The position numbers and the translations under genes were made by a program. From Candidatus Woesearchaeota archaeon (GTDB lineage Archaea > Nanobdellota > Nanobdellia > Woesearchaeales > UBA9989), in the NCBI GenBank assembly GCA_013329045.1, contig DUKZ01000038.1, positions 126,294 through 190,293 on the forward strand: 64,000 bases of DNA. Reading direction: 5' to 3'. Below the pieces are notes generated by a model. That model was not told the DNA's origin, did no database searches, and saw only the letters and a program-made list of their open reading frames with translations. Positions 60,006-64,000 of the stretch are shown one piece after another (within the stretch, counting starts at the first letter, position 1; each line of letters opens with the position of its first letter).

Positions 60006-60641
60006 TTAATGTTCCCTGCTTCTCACCTCTTTTCTGTATTCCTTCCCCACCCTTGTCCCTTCAGGCAAGATGAGAATCTCTCTCCAGAACCTTTCCTTTG
60101 ACACTTTTGGCAAAGGTTTCTCTGGGAGATCCACCTTAAAATGCCTGACCGTGTCTAGGTATTGTTCGAGTTTGATGGTCTCTTTTGGATCAGACAACCA
60201 CGGCCCGCCTTTCTTTAATCGGATTGGCACGGAGAATTCTCTGAGGCTGAGCTCCCCAAAGAAATTGAAATAATGCTCAAAATAACTCATCACAAGATCC
60301 CTTCCTGTTTTGTACACTGGGCTTCTGAATCTGAGATGGAGAAATTTGCTTTGCGCAACAGCGCCGAGATGGCTGCCACTCTTGTACGCACAAAGGATAT
60401 GGTCCTCGTCATGGACAGCGCGAAGATCTATTAGGAAACTGTCAATCCCATGGAACTGAAAAACGGCATGGGCAAAGACGGCAGCCTCCAGGCAATCAGC
60501 TCTCCTTTGCTCTAGCACCTGGACAGGAGAGAGCCTCTTTCCCTGATTGAATGACAATGACCCAATAAGCTCCTGAACTTTTATTGGCGTTGTCAGTTTC
60601 GACATGACTCCCAAGTTAGCAGGTGAAAACGCATCCTTCAT
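60006..60641 (-). CDS. transglutaminase-like (papain-fold Cys-His-Asp) protein
   Basis: RRADCLEAAVFAHAVFQFHGIDSFLIDLRAVHDEDHILCAY fits the G/D-C...H...D transglutaminase-core spacing. Called from the pattern only. Confidence 0.55.
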   Translation of the reverse strand: MKDAFSPANLGVMSKLTTPIKVQELIGSLSFNQGKRLSPVQVLEQRRADCLEAAVFAHAVFQFHGIDSFLIDLRAVHDEDHILCAYKSGSHLGAVAQSKFLHLRFRSPVYKTGRDLVMSYFEHYFNFFGELSLREFSVPIRLKKGGPWLSDPKETIKLEQYLDTVRHFKVDLPEKPLPKVSKERFWREILILPEGTRVGKEYRKEVRSREH

Positions 60642-60713
60642 GATCTCTCTTCTCTTGTCACCTTTTTGATCCGATGCAATACTTATTTAAATGTGCTCCT
60701 TCCTGCCCCCCCT

Positions 60714-63512
60714 ATGGGGGAAGAAAACGAAGAATCATTAGACCTTTCGGGAATAAAAGATATCGGAAAACGCCTCAAGAAGGCAGCGCCGCTCCTCCTT
60801 CCACTCCTCCTCCTTCTCATCCCCCTTGCCATCACGATCCATGTGCGCTTGCAGCCACAAGATCTTGTCCCCCTTGACAGGCAGGCAGAATCCAGCATCA
60901 TGAATTATGTCAAGATGCAGGCAACTGCTCAGGTAGATAAAGAGTATCCAAACATTCCTGCAGAGAGAAAAACAGACCTGATCAACAAGAAAACACAGGA
61001 GATTATCTCTCAAAATGAAGCTGCCATCCATCAACAAATAGACCTTGGAGCAGCATCGCTAAAATCACGGCTCCAATACGAATCAGGTTCACATACCTAT
61101 GCCTATCTTGGGGATATTGATTCTTATTACTGGCTTCGCATGGCGCGAAACATTGTCGAAACAGGAAACCAGTGCGACCAGGTCATCAATGATCGGTGCT
61201 ATGATACATATACCCTTGCCCCAACTCTCAAGCCAAAGGCATATGATTATTATCCTATCATCATTGTGTGGAACTACAAATTCCTCCATCTCTTCAACCC
61301 TGACATGACACTCATGCAGGCATCATTTCTCACCCCTCTTATCTTGTCTCTCCTCTTTACCATCCCTCTCTTCCTCCTTCTCTACAAGATCAGTGGCCCT
61401 ATTGCAGCAGTCATTGGAACTGTGCTTGTGAATGTGAACGTGAATTTTCTTGCCAGAAGCCTTGGATCGGATAATGACATCGTGAATGTCTTCTTTCAAG
61501 TGCTCTTCCTCTGGATCGCTGTCGAATGCTTCTATGCCAAGGACCAAAAAGCAAAATACATCTGGGCAGGCCTAGCTGGCGCGTGCCTTTCCTTCTACGC
61601 AAAATTCTGGACAGGGTGGTGGTACCTTGCCGACCTGTTCATCCTCTCCATTGCTGTTGGCATGGCCTATATCATCCTCCAGCAACTCTTCATGAAAAAA
61701 GAGCTCTCTGAGATCAAGAAGCAAATCATCACCTTCCTCCTGACAGGGCTTATCTTCATGCTCGCTATCTTTGTCCTGTATGGACTTATATTTACCACCC
61801 CAAAAGGCTTCATCCACGTGTTTCTTGCCCAGCTTCAGGTACTCCACTTCAAATCAGCAGCAAATGCCGACTACTGGCCAAATGTCCTGCCTACAGTTGC
61901 AGAATTCAATGGCATGAGCCTTCCAGATGTCCTCTCAAACAATGGGGCTATCCTGCACATACCAGTATTCCTCATCGCTTCCCTTGGTATGCTCCTCCTC
62001 ATTTTCCCCACCATTAGACTCATCAAGAAATATTTCTGGCAGCTCCTAGGACTTGTCCTCTTTGACATCCTTCTTTATCGCCTCCTTACCACCTCTCAGC
62101 GGGGGATACTCATCTTTTCCCTCCTCATTCCAGTCATTTATGGGATCTCACTTCATCTCAAGAAAAAAGAAGAGGAATTCCATCCGGAGGGAATATTCAT
62201 CCTTGCCATGATCGTGTGCCTTGTTACCTATTTCAGCATGGTGGGCGTGCGTTTCCTCTTCCTCATGGCTGTGCCCCTGGCAATCTTCATTGCCATCTTC
62301 TTTGACCGGCTTATCACCATTCTCCATGCGTCTTTGCTCAAACCCTTTAAACCAACAGCGCTTGTCTCTGGCCTTTTTATCGGATTCTTGGTGTTTCTCA
62401 TTCTTATCCAACCTGTTCGCGGCGGGATTTCCATCGCCCAAAACTACGTGCCAAACATCAATGATGAATGGGTGGCAACGCTCGAAAACATCAAGGACCA
62501 TTCCGAACCGGATGCCATTATCAATTCCTGGTGGGACTATGGCCATTGGTTCAAGTATTGGGCCAACCGACGGGTGAGCCTTGATGGAAGCTCTCAAAAC
62601 AATCCCCCGCTTCATTGGCTTGGCAAACTCCTCCTCACCAAGGATGAGGATGAGGCAAGGGGCATTTTGAGAATGCTTGATTGCGGGAGCAATGGAGGAT
62701 TTGAACATATCAACAAGCGCATCAATGATACTCCCCACTCCATAAACATCATCAATGAACTCATCCTCAAAAACGAAAGCGCTGCCATGGAACTTCTCAC
62801 TTCCCATGAATTCACTGCTAGTGAGATTACCTCAATCCTTAATACGACTCATTGCGACCCTCCAGAAAATTACCTGATCACCTCCCAGGACATGATCGGC
62901 AAGGGGGCTGTATGGGCGCATTTTGGGAACTGGGATTTTAGGAAAGCATACCTTGCAGCAAATGTAAAAATAGTGAGCGAAGAAGAGCTTGTTGCCAGAT
63001 TTGCGGATGTTTATGATGTGCCGGCAGAAACAACACGTGCATGGATCAAGGAAGTATCGACGAAAAAGGATGAGGGGTCACTCAATGCATGGATCTCACC
63101 CTGGCCAGGATACCTGTCTGGAATGGTTGCGTGCAAAGAACAAAACAACATCACCTTATGCCCGTTTTCCCAAGAAGGAAACGTTGTATTGGTAACAGTT
63201 GACTTTCCTGCTCAAGAAGTAACTGTTGCTCTGCCAGATGGGAGCATCAAACATCCCCTTGCAGCCAGCTTCATCACCCAAGAAGCCGCCATACATCGGA
63301 CATTTGAAACAGACACTCTCCCGCTTGGGGCAACATTCCTCCAGCTCGATGAAGGGGTCTTTGTGGTCTTTACCTCTCCAGAACTGGCCGGAAGCATGTT
63401 CACGAGGCTGTTCTTTTTTGATGGAACGGGAATAAAAGATTTCCAGAAAGTTTATGATACCACCAGTGTGTTCGGGGAAAAAATCACTACCTGGAAAGTC
63501 GCTTGGTCTTAG
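60714..63512 (+). CDS. aglB: oligosaccharyltransferase AglB (STT3 homolog)
   Basis: 13-TM-type N-terminal half and the diagnostic WWDYGHW motif (INSWWDYGHWFKYW). Start at ATG 60714. Confidence 0.9.
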   Translation: MGEENEESLDLSGIKDIGKRLKKAAPLLLPLLLLLIPLAITIHVRLQPQDLVPLDRQAESSIMNYVKMQATAQVDKEYPNIPAERKTDLINKKTQEIISQNEAAIHQQIDLGAASLKSRLQYESGSHTYAYLGDIDSYYWLRMARNIVETGNQCDQVINDRCYDTYTLAPTLKPKAYDYYPIIIVWNYKFLHLFNPDMTLMQASFLTPLILSLLFTIPLFLLLYKISGPIAAVIGTVLVNVNVNFLARSLGSDNDIVNVFFQVLFLWIAVECFYAKDQKAKYIWAGLAGACLSFYAKFWTGWWYLADLFILSIAVGMAYIILQQLFMKKELSEIKKQIITFLLTGLIFMLAIFVLYGLIFTTPKGFIHVFLAQLQVLHFKSAANADYWPNVLPTVAEFNGMSLPDVLSNNGAILHIPVFLIASLGMLLLIFPTIRLIKKYFWQLLGLVLFDILLYRLLTTSQRGILIFSLLIPVIYGISLHLKKKEEEFHPEGIFILAMIVCLVTYFSMVGVRFLFLMAVPLAIFIAIFFDRLITILHASLLKPFKPTALVSGLFIGFLVFLILIQPVRGGISIAQNYVPNINDEWVATLENIKDHSEPDAIINSWWDYGHWFKYWANRRVSLDGSSQNNPPLHWLGKLLLTKDEDEARGILRMLDCGSNGGFEHINKRINDTPHSINIINELILKNESAAMELLTSHEFTASEITSILNTTHCDPPENYLITSQDMIGKGAVWAHFGNWDFRKAYLAANVKIVSEEELVARFADVYDVPAETTRAWIKEVSTKKDEGSLNAWISPWPGYLSGMVACKEQNNITLCPFSQEGNVVLVTVDFPAQEVTVALPDGSIKHPLAASFITQEAAIHRTFETDTLPLGATFLQLDEGVFVVFTSPELAGSMFTRLFFFDGTGIKDFQKVYDTTSVFGEKITTWKVAWS

Positions 63513-63700
63513 CGTCTTTCTTTTTCCCGGGCGACCTGATTCTATAACATTAGTCATAACTGTTTAATAACAATTTGTTATGGCCTCTGAATATAACCTC
63601 TGCGGACTATTGAGAACTAAGGATTCATAGCATCTTTTTGCGAGAATTACCTATTTAATGACCCTAATGAAAATTACTGTACTCTCCCCTAATCCCTGTT

Positions 63701-64000
63701 TTAGTGTTTTTGTTCATTCTTGATTTTGATGATCTCAATTATCAAAGGTATAAAGGACACAAGAATGATGATCCCTATCACCAAATACAAGTACCTGTCG
63801 ATATCAGGAATCAATGATCCGAGGAAGAACCCGCCAAGGATAGTTGCAAAGACCCAGACAATCCCCCCGACAATGTTGTATGTCACGAATGTCTTATAGT
63901 CCATAGAAGCAGTGCCTGCCACCGCCGGCGCAAATGTTCTCACCAGCGGGATGAACCTTGCCAGGACAATGGTCTTTGGGCCGTGTTTGTCGTAGAAATC
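63701..64000 (-). CDS. DedA/SNARE-associated family membrane protein (5' end outside the window)
   Basis: The frame stays open to the window edge. ...KHGPKTIVLARFIPLVRTFAPAVAGTASMDYKTFVTYNIVGGIVW is the DedA core motif. Confidence 0.8.
   Translation of the reverse strand, partial: DFYDKHGPKTIVLARFIPLVRTFAPAVAGTASMDYKTFVTYNIVGGIVWVFATILGGFFLGSLIPDIDRYLYLVIGIIILVSFIPLIIEIIKIKNEQKH

Overview
The window is a densely packed archaeal chromosomal segment of about 75 genes. Gene content suggests a small-genome DPANN-type lineage (Woese-/Pace-/Nanoarchaeota-like), although no rRNA gene is present to confirm this.

The backbone is information-processing genes:
- Replication, repair and transcription: TFE, Hjc, an archaeal histone, FEN-1, the RFC small subunit, Hef, and a PriS primase fused to a PriL-type Fe-S domain.
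- RNA and translation: RNase Z, tRNA-splicing endonuclease EndA, Trm5, PheRS alpha and beta, TyrRS, Pelota and PAN.
- A 25-gene ribosomal-protein/SecY cluster (35.7-50.3 kb, minus strand) that lacks adk, cmk and the RNase P protein gene usually embedded in it.

Metabolic and other genes include an isolated DAHP synthase, a bacterial-type pta-ackA pair divergent from a TrmB regulator, three metallopeptidases, AglB/STT3, a site-2 protease and TraB.

The most unusual region is a six-gene, same-strand operon at 25.3-34.7 kb, lying between pelota and RFC. It encodes:
- a pilin-like repeat protein;
- a 1123-aa multi-pass membrane protein whose ectodomain ends in a lytic transglycosylase (SLT) plus an N-acetylmuramoyl-L-alanine amidase (Amidase_2);
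- four paralogous Cys-rich lipobox proteins that share the giant protein's two-module ectodomain signature.

I read this operon as a candidate bacterial-cell-wall-breaching or host-contact apparatus in an organism that makes no murein itself.

Other notable items:
- a tRNA-Gly(CCC) gene with two introns (at 37/38 and in the T-loop);
- a wHTH-MNT/HEPN cassette inserted into the 3' end of a Toprim gene, with a duplicated target sequence;
- a second wHTH-MNT/HEPN pair next to the tRNA;
- a family of about 88-nt Y-shaped palindromic elements bracketing traB, with related motif copies elsewhere;
- a 31-nt exact repeat linking the rnz/endA spacer to the interior of the giant hydrolase gene;
- a 114-nt near-identical segment shared by two otherwise diverged TrmB paralogs.

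I found no CRISPR array, rRNA gene, transposase or integrase. Coordinates I derived by eye (RNA, repeats, promoters) may be off by 1-2 nt.
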